32,364 nucleotides of DNA from Octopus bimaculoides (Eukaryota). Position numbers and translations under genes: made by a program. Shown here piece by piece: positions 1 through 10,302 of the stretch. A model generated the notes under the pieces. That model had not been told where the DNA came from. It worked only from the letters and a program-made list of their open reading frames with translations, and did no database searches. How positions within the stretch are numbered: position 1 is the stretch's first letter; each line of letters starts with the position of its first letter. The stretch spans positions 97,379,863 through 97,412,226 of the forward strand of contig NC_068985.1 in NCBI RefSeq assembly GCF_001194135.2, in the 5' to 3' direction.

Positions 1-204
1 ATAAGTATCACATTTATTTTTAAACTTAACTTCAAACTTCATTTGTTTTCTATTTTGATAAATTCTCTCTGTTGAAAATTATATTTTTATATTTTAAATA
101 ATTTGCAATTTCAGGAAATATGTTTTTATATTAAATTTGTGTTTTCTAATAATTGATAGATAGATACATAGTAGATAGATATCAGTAAGTAAGCCAAAGT
201 ATCA

Positions 205-355
205 ACTCAAACCAGCAGACAGACAGACAGACGGACACACAGATAGCTCAGCAGGCAAGCAGGCAGACAGGCCAGCAGCAGGCATGCAGGCAGACAGGCA
301 AGCAGGCTGACAGACCAGCAACAGGCATGCATGCAGACAGGCAGACAGACAGCGA
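205..355. repeat. Degenerate (CAGA/CAGG)n tetranucleotide repeat
   Basis: agacagacagacag...gcaggcagacaggc; accounts for the low-complexity tail of ORF 202-465. Confidence 0.85.
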
Positions 356-391
356 CTACTTTCACTTCTGACATCTAATAGCGTGATAGTG

Positions 392-492
392 CCGATTCCT
401 CTTATGCCTAACTTTTCTCTCAATACGTGTGTGCTTTGTCGTTCATGTACCCTGATGTTGCACATCCAGCAGAGTATACTGCCTTCCTCTCT
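392..492 (-). mobile_element. Fragment of RTE-type LINE ORF (RT C-terminal region)
   Basis: Minus strand reads EGSILCWMCNIRVHERQSTHVLREKLGIRGI. Its end (KLGIRGI) aligns with the start (KLNIRSI) of the RTE fragment at 21879. Confidence 0.6.
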
Positions 493-1036
493 AGTCTACA
501 ACACTTTAAATTTCCAGAAAGAGAAATAGTATATAATAATAGGCACTTCTTTGTTTCCAGGGCCGCTTGAAAGTGAAATCATTTACTTCGCCAGAAATAG
601 GTTTCCAGAGTAAAAATAGGGTTGTTTTTTTTGTTTTGTTTTTTTCCTGAACAATAAATAAAAGTTTTATGAATATAAATACTTACTTTGCTCTGAAACC
701 ACTTCCAGTGAAAACCATAGATATTTCCACCTACCCTTATATAAATGCAGGGTAGCCACGTATTTTCTCTATAGCAAGATACCAAAAGTGGGCACCGTTA
801 ATCGAAAAGTTAACCATAAATTTAAATTCCATTACCGTCAATCAGTTAATTCTTTAAAAATGTAACGAAAGTTATCGATAAACCGTTAACGCTAATTTTT
901 ATTATTTAAAAAAAAAACCTGCTCTAAAAACACATTTAAAAAGGTGTCAAAACTTTAAAATCCGTTAACTTCGATCGAATTGAAGTTAATGGAAGCTAAC
1001 TCTAGTTGACTTAAGTTAACGGAAGTTAATTAGTTT

Positions 1037-1380
1037 ACTCTTTTACTTGTTTCAGTCATTTGACTGCGGCCGTGCTGGAGCACCGCCTTTAGTCGAGCAA
1101 ATCGACCCCAGGACTTATTCTTTGTAAGCCTAGTACTTATTCTATCGGTCTCTTTTTTGCCGAACTGCTAAGTTACGGGGACGTAAACACACCAGCATCG
1201 GTTGTCAAGTGATATTGGGGGACAAACACACACACATATATATATATATATACGACAGGATTCTTTCAGTTTCCGTCTATAGTAGAAGACACTTGCCCAA
1301 GATGCCACGCAGTGGGACTGAACCCGGAACCATGTGGTTGGTAAGCAAGCTACTTACCACACAGCCACTCCTACGCCTAT
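1037..1380 (-). mobile_element. tRNA-derived SINE family A, copy with internal deletion
   Basis: Head (on -) ggagtggctgtgtggtaagtagcttgc...ggttcagtccc, internal (TA/CA)n and tail gactgaaacaagtaaaagag. About 11 copies in the window. Confidence 0.9.
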
Positions 1381-1424
1381 AATGTTTGATAATGATTTTC
1401 AAAAATAAGTTTGTAGTAACGCCG

Positions 1425-1434
1425 TGCGCATGCG
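1425..1434. promoter_or_regulatory. NRF1-type motif TGCGCATGCG
   Basis: Match to the NRF1/ewg consensus at the start of a relatively CpG-rich stretch (about 1420-1580). Single motif only. Confidence 0.25.
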
Positions 1435-2005
1435 TGGAATTCAACAACCAAGCTTTCCCGCTTCATTCTGTCTCTTTGTTGCTGGCCAGCGATTGAGCAA
1501 GGACGTGTTTAGCTGTCTCTCTCCATCTATCGAACTACGCTCGACAGCTCGCTTACATCTACATACCAACGTCCCAACAACCATGCTCACACACACAGAA
1601 ACTGTAACAACAAACAAGAGATAAAGATGTATAAATTACCACCTTGAATAAATGTTGTTTGTGTTGATAGTCTGGAGTTCAGCGTTCCGTTAATTCTTAA
1701 TTTTATATAGGAAAGTCAGGTATACATCTAATGATGTATAACCCACTTTCCTATAAGTTAAATCGTTAACCAAAATGCTAACTTCGTTGATTAACGGTTT
1801 GGTGGCCTGGTTTGCGAGAGATGATAGCTGCACCAACATTAGGAGCAAAAAGCGGATGTCGTCTGCTGCACAGTTACCCACCAAAGGAGTCCAGTCTAGG
1901 GATTCACTGATGGACTTTGACTAGAAAATTTACATATAAATTTGATCAAACAAAGACAATTATGTTCAGTCATGGTGTCTGTTGTATCTTACACATTTAC
2001 TAATG

Positions 2006-2365
2006 TTCTTTTACTTGTTTCAGCCATTTGGCTGCGGCCATGCTGGAGCACCGCCTTAAAGGGTTTTTAGTTGAAGAAATCGACCCCAAGACTTATTCTT
2101 TGTAAACATAGTACTTATTCTATCGAAGTCTTTTGCCGAACCGCTAAGTTACAGGGACATAAACGCATCAGTTGTCAAGCGATGGCGGGGAGACAAACAT
2201 GCAAATATATATACGACGGGCTTCTTTCAGTTTGCGTCTACCAAATCCACTCACAAAGGGCGACCTAAGGCTGTAGTAAAAGACACTTGCCCAAGGTGCC
2301 ACGCAGTGGGACTGAACCCGGAACCAGTGGTTGGGAAGTCCGCTTCTTACCACACAGCCACGCCT
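2006..2365 (-). mobile_element. SINE family A, near full length
   Basis: Same head, body and tail as 1037-1380. Confidence 0.9.
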
Positions 2366-2418
2366 TTCTACATAACTCAAAAATAGTTGATAAATTGGTA
2401 AAAATTTACCGAAAAATC

Positions 2419-2560
2419 ATCATCTTCATTTAATGTACATATTTCTACGCTTGCATGGGTCAGACGAAATTTGTTGAAGCAGATTTTTCTGAACCCAGCC
2501 CTCACTTGTTTCCAAGCAAAGGAATATTTCCCATGACCAGTCATATTTTCTATGGGAAAC
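2419..2560 (-). mobile_element. Degenerate RTE-type 3' tail repeat
   Basis: catcatcttcatttaatgtac...gcttgcatgggtcagacg resembles the (CAT)n-tttaacgtcc...gctagcatgggttgg tails elsewhere in the window. Confidence 0.5.
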
Positions 2561-3129
2561 TGAACGCGAAAAATGTCACTTGTCTCGCGGTGATGCTCGT
2601 TCGCAACCTCGTCTAAAAAACAAAAAAAGACGACACGTTATATAACGTAGTTGCGGGCAGACTTTTTGTTTTGCTTTGTTATTTCTATTTTAATTCCTAA
2701 TTAGAACACCGATGCATCGAAACAGGGTCCTAAATTCACAGCGACAATAAATATGTTTATTGTATGTATTAATAGCGAAGACGTGTTTCAAGCCAGTGTT
2801 TGTAATATATATTATAGATGTATCTGCGCGTGTGTAAAATTTAAGGACGGTATGGCTGCTATTTCTAGCGGATCGAGACACTATGTAAAAGTTTCGACTT
2901 TGTTCCATATGCGGATTTCCATGACAACGGACCTTTTCGATTAAGTAAAAATTACATGACTATGATGCTTGTAATATCTGTATTATTAAATTTGTAGAAG
3001 AGTTGAAAAACTTCAAGTGGATGACAAAATGTTAACGAGATCCTTATTAACTCTGTTTTTTTTTTTTTAACAGTTATTTGTCCTGCTGAACATTTGTTAG
3101 AACTGAATTTACAGTGAAAATTTCTCTAA

Positions 3130-3300
3130 TTGCGCTGTCGTTAAAGACGAACGGTCGATCAAGGAAGTAAAATAGCCTTTAATTGAGCGGAAGTGACGTT
3201 TTGCACAGTGCGTAAATTGTTTGTTGTTACCACAGTTGTTCGTTGCGAATCATTTCTTCATATCCCATATCTTAACTTAGTCATTAACCTAATTGATGCG
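3130..3300 (+). promoter_or_regulatory. Candidate proximal promoter of the caspase gene (overlapping ETS-CRE motif)
   Basis: Locally CpG-rich patch containing GCGGAAGTGACGT (3187-3199) and a second GGAAGT core near 3164, about 370 bp upstream of the ATG. Confidence 0.45.
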
Positions 3301-3559
3301 AACAGTGAAAGTTTTCGTAGTCAACACTGTTATTGAATAATCGCTTGTAATTACTCTAGTTACCATGGAATCATAAAGGAGTTCGTTTAACTGCTATTTC
3401 TGGGCTGAACAAAAGGAAAACGCGCACTATTGACTTTTTCGTTCCTCAACTGCTGTGACATTTTAAGTGAACTGTCATAACGTTCCACTGTTGTTTTACC
3501 ACCTGCACATTTCTGCTCTTTTGTACATTTATCATTTTATACATACATTCCGATCAACC

Positions 3560-4426
3560 ATGGACTTCGCAGATGCACAACATTTTGAAGGTATATATTT
3601 TACAGAAAGAGACTTTGATTCACAACCTCAAGATGTTGAAATGGAAACTGATGGTGGAATTGGCGAATCTGCAGTTGTCAAATATAACATGGATCGGAAA
3701 AAAGAGAATCTGGCTTTAATAATCAATAATGAAACCTTCAACGAATCGACTGGTATGTCTAACCGACAAGGATCCGACAGAGATGCATTAGCAATTAAAC
3801 AGGCATTAGAGTCATTACATTTTAAGGTGATTGACCGCAAGAATTTACCAGTGAAAAGCATGAAACAAATCTTTATGGATATATCTGCGTTGGACCATGC
3901 GAATCATAACTGTTTCGTTTCTGTTATATTGAGTCACGGCGAAGACGATAACGAGATATTTGGTATTGATGGCAAAGTAAAACTAGACGAATTAGTGGAG
4001 ACGTTGCTTCCTGATAGATGCCCAAGTCTAATAGGTAAGCCAAAACTATTCTTCGTACAAGCTTGTCGGGGAACGAAACTGGACGGAGGTGCAGTTATGC
4101 ACGATGCTGGCGGTTTTAGAGCCAAGCATCAAAATATCAAATCTCACAAAGTACCACTTTGGGCAGACGTTCTTCTGGCTTATTCCACTGTCCCTGGATT
4201 TTACTCCTGGAGGAACTCTACAAATGGATCGTGGTTTATTCAGTCGTTAGCCCACATTTTAGGAAGTGACGGAGACCAACATGAACTGCAACGATTAATG
4301 ATTTCAGTAAATCGTAAGGTTGCCTATGAATACGAGTCTAATACTAACCACTCCCATATGAATAAAATGAAGCAAGTTCCTTGCATAGCAAGCATGTTAA
4401 CTAAAGAATTATACTTTTACAAGTAA
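3560..4426 (+). CDS. CASP3/7-like: Effector caspase (caspase-3/7-like, peptidase C14A), single-exon CDS, 288 aa
   Basis: Uninterrupted ORF from ATG in ACCATGG context (3560) to TAA (4424-4426). Catalytic SHG (3932-3940) and QACRG (4058-4072). Also LIINNETF, NRQGS, GKPKLFFVQ, ADVLLAYSTVPGFYSWRNSTNGSWFIQSL and the C-terminal KQVPCIASMLTKELYF, which closely resembles caspase-3 KQIPCIVSMLTKELYF. The short prodomain has no CARD/DED. Confidence 0.96.
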   Translation: MDFADAQHFEGIYFTERDFDSQPQDVEMETDGGIGESAVVKYNMDRKKENLALIINNETFNESTGMSNRQGSDRDALAIKQALESLHFKVIDRKNLPVKSMKQIFMDISALDHANHNCFVSVILSHGEDDNEIFGIDGKVKLDELVETLLPDRCPSLIGKPKLFFVQACRGTKLDGGAVMHDAGGFRAKHQNIKSHKVPLWADVLLAYSTVPGFYSWRNSTNGSWFIQSLAHILGSDGDQHELQRLMISVNRKVAYEYESNTNHSHMNKMKQVPCIASMLTKELYFYK

Positions 4427-4946
4427 TTATATATATATATATATATATATACATACATACATACAAGGATGAATCAAAAGTAGGGCCCAGTTTCTGGGAA
4501 GTATTGCCTTTCTTAGTTACTTTACAGGTCATTACTGACTATTTTTGAAAGTTACTAAATGTGGATCATGTCGTGTTTTGTTGTCTGGAGTCATTCTGTT
4601 TTAATACCTTATTAATTAACACACTCACCGGTTCAGTTTCCACTCATTTACCTATTTATTTAATTTTTTTTTTCTAAAATGTTCGTTGCTTCTTGCAAAT
4701 TCTTCAATAGTTATTAACTCTGTCATGTTGTTAATGTTCCTTGATATTCCAACCCTAAAACAGGAATTGGGCGCTACTTCTGACTTACTTCGTATGTAAA
4801 CTCCTTGAATTTTTTTCAATTTCGTTTTAAATTCTGCTGAAAACATTTAATTTCTTTTTTACTTTAATAATGGAGAAAATTACTAGCCCCATTTTTCGGC
4901 TATTGACAAACGATTTCTCTACGATTATAACGTATACAGATAACTT

Positions 4947-4952
4947 AATAAA
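4947..4952 (+). terminator. Candidate polyadenylation signal of the caspase mRNA
   Basis: AATAAA about 520 bp after the stop, followed about 25 nt later by a GT/T-rich tract (gtatatttttggttgtattgt). Confidence 0.45.
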
Positions 4953-5852
4953 ATTGTATATTAAAATAATCGTTGTATATTTTTGGTTGTATTGTAACGT
5001 ATTGAAGCATTTATGAGGACATTATTAAACCAGTGAGGTACTGGTTTAAGCACCCCATAACTCTTCGTAACTTTTTAAAATATTTTTTGGAATCTTCAGC
5101 AAATTTTTGTGAATTTGTATTCTACACGCTTGAATTGATACTATCATGCGATTGTCTTTTAAATTCTTTAACCCTTTTCCCCCATTAATCCTAAAATTTC
5201 CACTCTTTTTCGATTTTCTTTTTTTTTTGCTTCAATCTGTTTAAAATACAGAGAGTCCTAATCTGTCATTTGTTTGTTTATAATTTCAAACTAATTGTTG
5301 AAATCCAAATTTAAAAAGTTAAAAATATTCGCGTGGCCTATTATAGCTTCTGGATCGAAACACACCATGTAACCCGCCTAACCGGTTATAATTTTTTTAC
5401 CTTTTGGTATTTTCAGACACCCTGGACCTCGCACAATTATGCAAAAACAAAATTTTCGCCCCCATCCCCCAATCCTTACGGATGCTCAAATTAGACTTAA
5501 CCCGTATCGATCGCACAGGTATTGGAGAAGCATGTAAAACATCATTTATTTTACTAGCATACTTTTCTGATAGTAAATATTTTTTGTTTTCCTTATACAT
5601 ATACAAACACTGGCGTAGCTGGAGTATGTGCCGCTCCCGAACCCCATAAAAACCACGTATTGCCTACAGCAGACCTATAAGTCCCGCCCTTTAAAAGTGC
5701 CGACCGCCTGCCCCACTAACTATGCTGGTGTATACAGACACTTGCTTGGTGAGTGGGGTGGGGTAAGAATTTAAATTGCAAAAAGTTTTTTTTGTTGTTG
5801 TTGCTTAACGCCCAGCGATGGTCCGTCTTTGGCCGCATCGTCATTCTATTAA

Positions 5853-5980
5853 ATGTGTTTATGGGGAGAAATATATTAAAAAACATCAATACATGTCAGA
5901 GTGACAAAGAAACAAGGAAGGTATCAGGTAGTTGTGGGATGTGCTAAAAACAACAGTAGAATCTCCTTTTAAATCACACC
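5853..5980. repeat. Unclassified dispersed repeat (family E), copy 1
   Basis: atgtgtttatgggg...gtgacaaagaaa...ctaaaaacaacagt...aatcacac recurs at 12349-12472. Confidence 0.7.
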
Positions 5981-6684
5981 TTTTTGTCGGAAAATTGTTT
6001 TGAAATTATAAACAGAAAGAAATGGCAGATTTACACCGTCCGTATCGCCCGCCATTTAGGCGATCTCTCGCTTTGACTTGCAGAACTGTCATCCGGATCA
6101 ACTAGTTTTGTTCGTTAATTTCCTTAAAAAAATTTTATTTATTTACTTTTGTTTTCAAGTGAAAGATGTACGAACGTGTATATGAAATGGACTTGTATAA
6201 GAGAGAGAGAGTGCCACTTACACATACATGAGAACACACATGTTCACTCACTCACTCACATACACACGCACATACAAAAAAGATGTATGCATACGTATTG
6301 ATGTATGTAGGTATTCCCATATCACGAAACATTTCCGAAAATTCCCCTAAATAAAAAAGGTTATATGAGTTTCTTAAACCAGAATTCTGCCGAAAAGGAA
6401 GTGAGGGAAAGGAAGAATATTGAAGAAGGTCAGGTAAGAAAAATTAGATGAAAGGGACTAAATAAAAAGTTATATATATATATGGGGGGTCCATACCTTC
6501 AAGTTAAGAATTTTTTATTTACTCCTGGAAGAATGCATTAATTATTTTAGCCTGGCTGTGTTTGTAGACAGTTGAAAAGAATACTTTTAACAAAAAACAA
6601 AAATAATCAAATAGCAATGTAGTTGTGGGTGAGCCCCCTTTGTCTCCTGGCAACCAATATTTTTAGACCCAGTCTGCCACTGTA

Positions 6685-6811
6685 CAGGGTGTCCACAATG
6701 TCTGGGTACATGGAGTAAATAAAATCATAACATAAACAGTTTAATATAAGAAATAATAATTTCTTAAAGTATGTGTTAATCTCCATGTACCCAGACTTTG
6801 TGGACACCCTG
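6685..6811. mobile_element. Tc1/mariner-type MITE (127 bp)
   Basis: 31-bp TIRs CAGGGTGTCCACAA(T/A)GTCTGGGTACATGGAG with 1 mismatch, flanked by TA on both sides (6683-84, 6812-13). Confidence 0.92.
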
Positions 6812-6880
6812 TATATTATTTTGAATATCATTCAGCCCTACCTTGGCTTTGAGTACAGTTAACAATAAATTGATGTATAT

Positions 6881-7245
6881 TCTTTTCTTCGTTTCACTCA
6901 TTTGACTGTGGCCATGCTGAAGCACCGCCTCTAGTCGAACAAATCGACCCCGTGACTTATTCTTTGTAAGCCTAGTACTTATTCTGTCGATATCTTTTGC
7001 AGAATCGCTAAGTTACGGAGACGTAAACACACCAACATAGGTTGTCAAGGGATAGTGGGGAAACAAACAGACAGACACTCACAAATATATATAAATAGAC
7101 AGGCTTCTTTCAGTTTCCGTCTACGAAATCCATTCACAAGTCTTTGGTCAGCCCGAGGCTGTAGTAGAAGACACTTGCCCAAGGTGCCACACAGTGGGAC
7201 TGAACCCGGAACCATGTGGTTAGGAAGCAAGCGTCTTACCACACA
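6881..7245 (-). mobile_element. SINE family A, near full length
   Basis: Same consensus as the other family A copies. Confidence 0.9.
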
Positions 7246-8074
7246 ATACATACATATGCACAAATACAATAATTACTCGCCATATCGCAGTTCACCTATC
7301 GCACCTGCACTACATCGCAGAGTTTCCAGGCTAGTATATGTAAATTTCATTAGGTCTTGGGCCCAACAATGACACTTCAAGCATTGAGTACACATTAAAT
7401 TTTATTAAACCTGAATAATATTTTTCAAGCAATGAACAATTTTTATCAAAACAAGGGTATAATTTGGAACTTATTGCAAAGCTGCATGATAAGTAGCAAT
7501 ACCATCGCCACCACATCTGCCATACACATACCATTCAGCCTTTTTTGTGATGGTAATGGAGCGATAGTAACAGTACGAGCTGTAGTAGTGATAGAGGTGG
7601 ATGCAAGGGTGAGGACGGAAGTGGTGGTAGCCGAAGCAGTCAGGGATGACGGTGAGAGTAAGTGATGTGAAAGACAGTAGTGATGATGGTGGCGTCAGAA
7701 GTCTGAATGGTGTGTGTATGGCAGATATGGTGGTGGTCAATGAATTCAGTGTTCAGTCCCTCTTTCTCTCACATACCCACTCTTTCTCTCTTGTTATTAC
7801 TCCCACTGCCACCATCAACACTACTACTTTTAATAAAACAAAAAAAAAACATCATCAACAGTAGAAGTGTTATTGAATAGTGAGAGAGTGGGGTCAAAGT
7901 GTGACACACTGAAATTAGTTTCCGCATTTGTTATATTAGATAAATATATACAAATTATAAAAATTTAAAAAAAATATACAGTATTGTTTTTACTTCGCAT
8001 ATTTTCACTTATCGTGAGGGGGCTGTTTGGAACGTAACACCCACTCTGTGTGTGTGTATATATATATATATATA

Positions 8075-8458
8075 TACAATTAAACCTTGGGAGAGGCATT
8101 AAGCCGGTAATAAACACACGCACTGGTTCAGTCCTTTATTAATTTATATGGTTTTTTGTTAAATTATTTCATTGCACTCTTGCAATCTCTTCAGTAACTT
8201 GTCTCTCCACTTCCATTTATTTTGAATGTAAATTTCATTGCACTCTTGCAATCTCTTCAGTAACTTGTCTCTCCACTTCCATTTATTTTGAATGTATGAT
8301 CATACATTCAAAATAAATGGAAGTGGAGAGACAAGTTACTGAAGAGATTGCAAGAGTGCAATGAAATAATTTAACAAAAAACTATATAAATTAATAAAGG
8401 ACTGAACCAGTGCGTGTGTTTATTACCGGCTTAATGCCTCTCCCAAGGTTTAATTGTA
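8075..8458. repeat. Near-perfect zero-spacer palindrome (foldback element) with a 66-bp tandem duplication in the left arm
   Basis: Symmetry centre in TGATCA (8297-8302). The 159-bp right arm is the reverse complement of the left arm with one substitution (G8150/T8383). 8166-8230 is repeated at 8232-8296. Ends are TA-CAATTAAACC...GGTTTAATTG-TA, next to a (TA)n tract. Confidence 0.95.
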
Positions 8459-8894
8459 TTTCTTTCAACACACGTATCCACATCAAGAATCTTGCACACG
8501 AAATACACATACGAAATATATACATATTGAATTTGTTTATGGAAAATGTTTTGAATATACAAATAAAGCTTCTATTCTCTTAATGCCAGCCACAGTCTAG
8601 TGTATCAATATATAGTTGAAAAGGGATTAAGAATCTATATATATCAAAGGGTTCAAGCGGTGGAGATCAAGAACTTTATTGAATCGACCCCCTTTAAATC
8701 CATTTAATACAATGTATACATACAGCCGACCATATTCTGAATAAAAAACAGAAACCTGCCAATCAATTCTATAAAAAATTTTGACAATAAAATAATTCGT
8801 TCCCCAACATGTTTCCAAAAAACAAAACAAACACACTACAAGAGAGAAACAATTTCTTCCAAACTCTTTCAGACCTTCCTGTATTCACTTAATA

Positions 8895-9173
8895 CAGGGA
8901 TTTTCAAACTTTTTGACTTGCGGACCCCTTTGTATTTCAAGCTTTACCTTAGAGACCCCCTTATAAACGCTTATGAAATTTATGCATAAATATTTGCTTA
9001 AAATAACATATATTTTTACATTTATTTATTTAACAGTATTTAACAAATAGGTTTATTGTCAATTAAAAGATTTCGATTAAAAAACATATATAAAATCAAA
9101 TTGCCCATAAAAAGTATTTGCTGTCCACGGACCCCCTGTCTTGTCCTTGCGGACCACAGTTTGAAAACCCCTG
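8895..9173. mobile_element. hAT-type MITE (279 bp)
   Basis: TIRs CAGGGATTTTCAAACT / AGTTTGAAAACCCCTG; 8-bp TSD ACTTAATA (8887-8894) / ACTTAATG (9174-9181). Confidence 0.9.
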
Positions 9174-10226
9174 ACTTAATGCATACACATACACACACAC
9201 ACAGCTGACCGTATCAATAGAATTTCTGACAATTGATCCATTGCATTCCATTCTAGACCCACAACATAAACAATACGTATAAGAAAAGACTAAGATAAAA
9301 TATCGAACCTGTTTATTACTATGCACTGACTATGGGAACAAGCTGTTTTAATTTTCAATTTTTTTCTTATTTCCTCATTGTTTGACTTTGAATTTTTAAT
9401 ATTTGATAAGATGGACAAACATCGAAATCGGATAAAACTGAAGGTAACAAATATAAAAATACTTATTCTGTACAATTAAAGGAAAGTAAAGTATTTTTAA
9501 AATTCCGTTCTATTTCTAGTTTTTTTTTTTTTTTTTTTTNNNNNNNNNNNNNNNNNNNNNNNNNNNNNNNNNNNNNNNNNNNNNNNNNNNNNNNNNNNNN
9601 NNNNNNNNNNNNNNNNNNNNNNNNNNNNNNNNNNNNNNNNNNNNNNNNNNNNNNNNNNNNNNNNNNNNNNNNNNNNNNNNNNNNNNNNNNNNNNNNNNNN
9701 NNNNNNNNNNNNNNNNNNNNNNNNNNNNNNNNNNNNNNNNNNNNNNNNNNNNNNNNNNNNNNNNNNNNNNNNNNNNNNNNNNNNNNNNNNNNNNNNNNNN
9801 NNNNNNNNNNNNNNNNNNNNNNNNNNNNNNNNNNNNNNNNNNNNNNNNNNNNNNNNNNNNNNNNNNNNNNNNNNNNNNNNNNNNNNNNNNNNNNNNNNNN
9901 NNNNNNNNNNNNNNNNNNNNNNNNNNNNNNNNNNNNNNNNNNNNNNNNNNNNNNNNNNNNNNNNNNNNNNNNNNNNNNNNNNNNNNNNNNNNNNNNNNNN
10001 NNNNNNNNNNNNNNNNNNNNNNNNNNNNNNNNNNNNNNNNNNNNNNNNNNNNNNNNNNNNNNNNNNNNNNNNNNNNNNNNNNNNNNNNNNNNNNNNNNNN
10101 NNNNNNNNNNNNNNNNNNNNNNNNNNNTTTCACATTAGTACGGATAAGACTAGTAAGACGTTAAGTTATTTCCCTTGTATATTTTTATTTACTTTTTACC
10201 GCCCTAAACTTGAAGATTACCATATA

Positions 10227-10298
<72 letters not shown>

Positions 10299-10302
10299 TA
10301 TA

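Noticed and set aside
544-612. Plus-strand mini-exon after ttctttgtttccAG
   Set aside because: Weak donor, no recognisable peptide and no partner exons.
3467-3559. 31-aa N-terminal extension of the caspase from the track's GTG start
   Set aside because: Non-AUG start with low-complexity, AT-rich translation; the ATG at 3560 has a strong ACCATGG context and gives a typical short prodomain.
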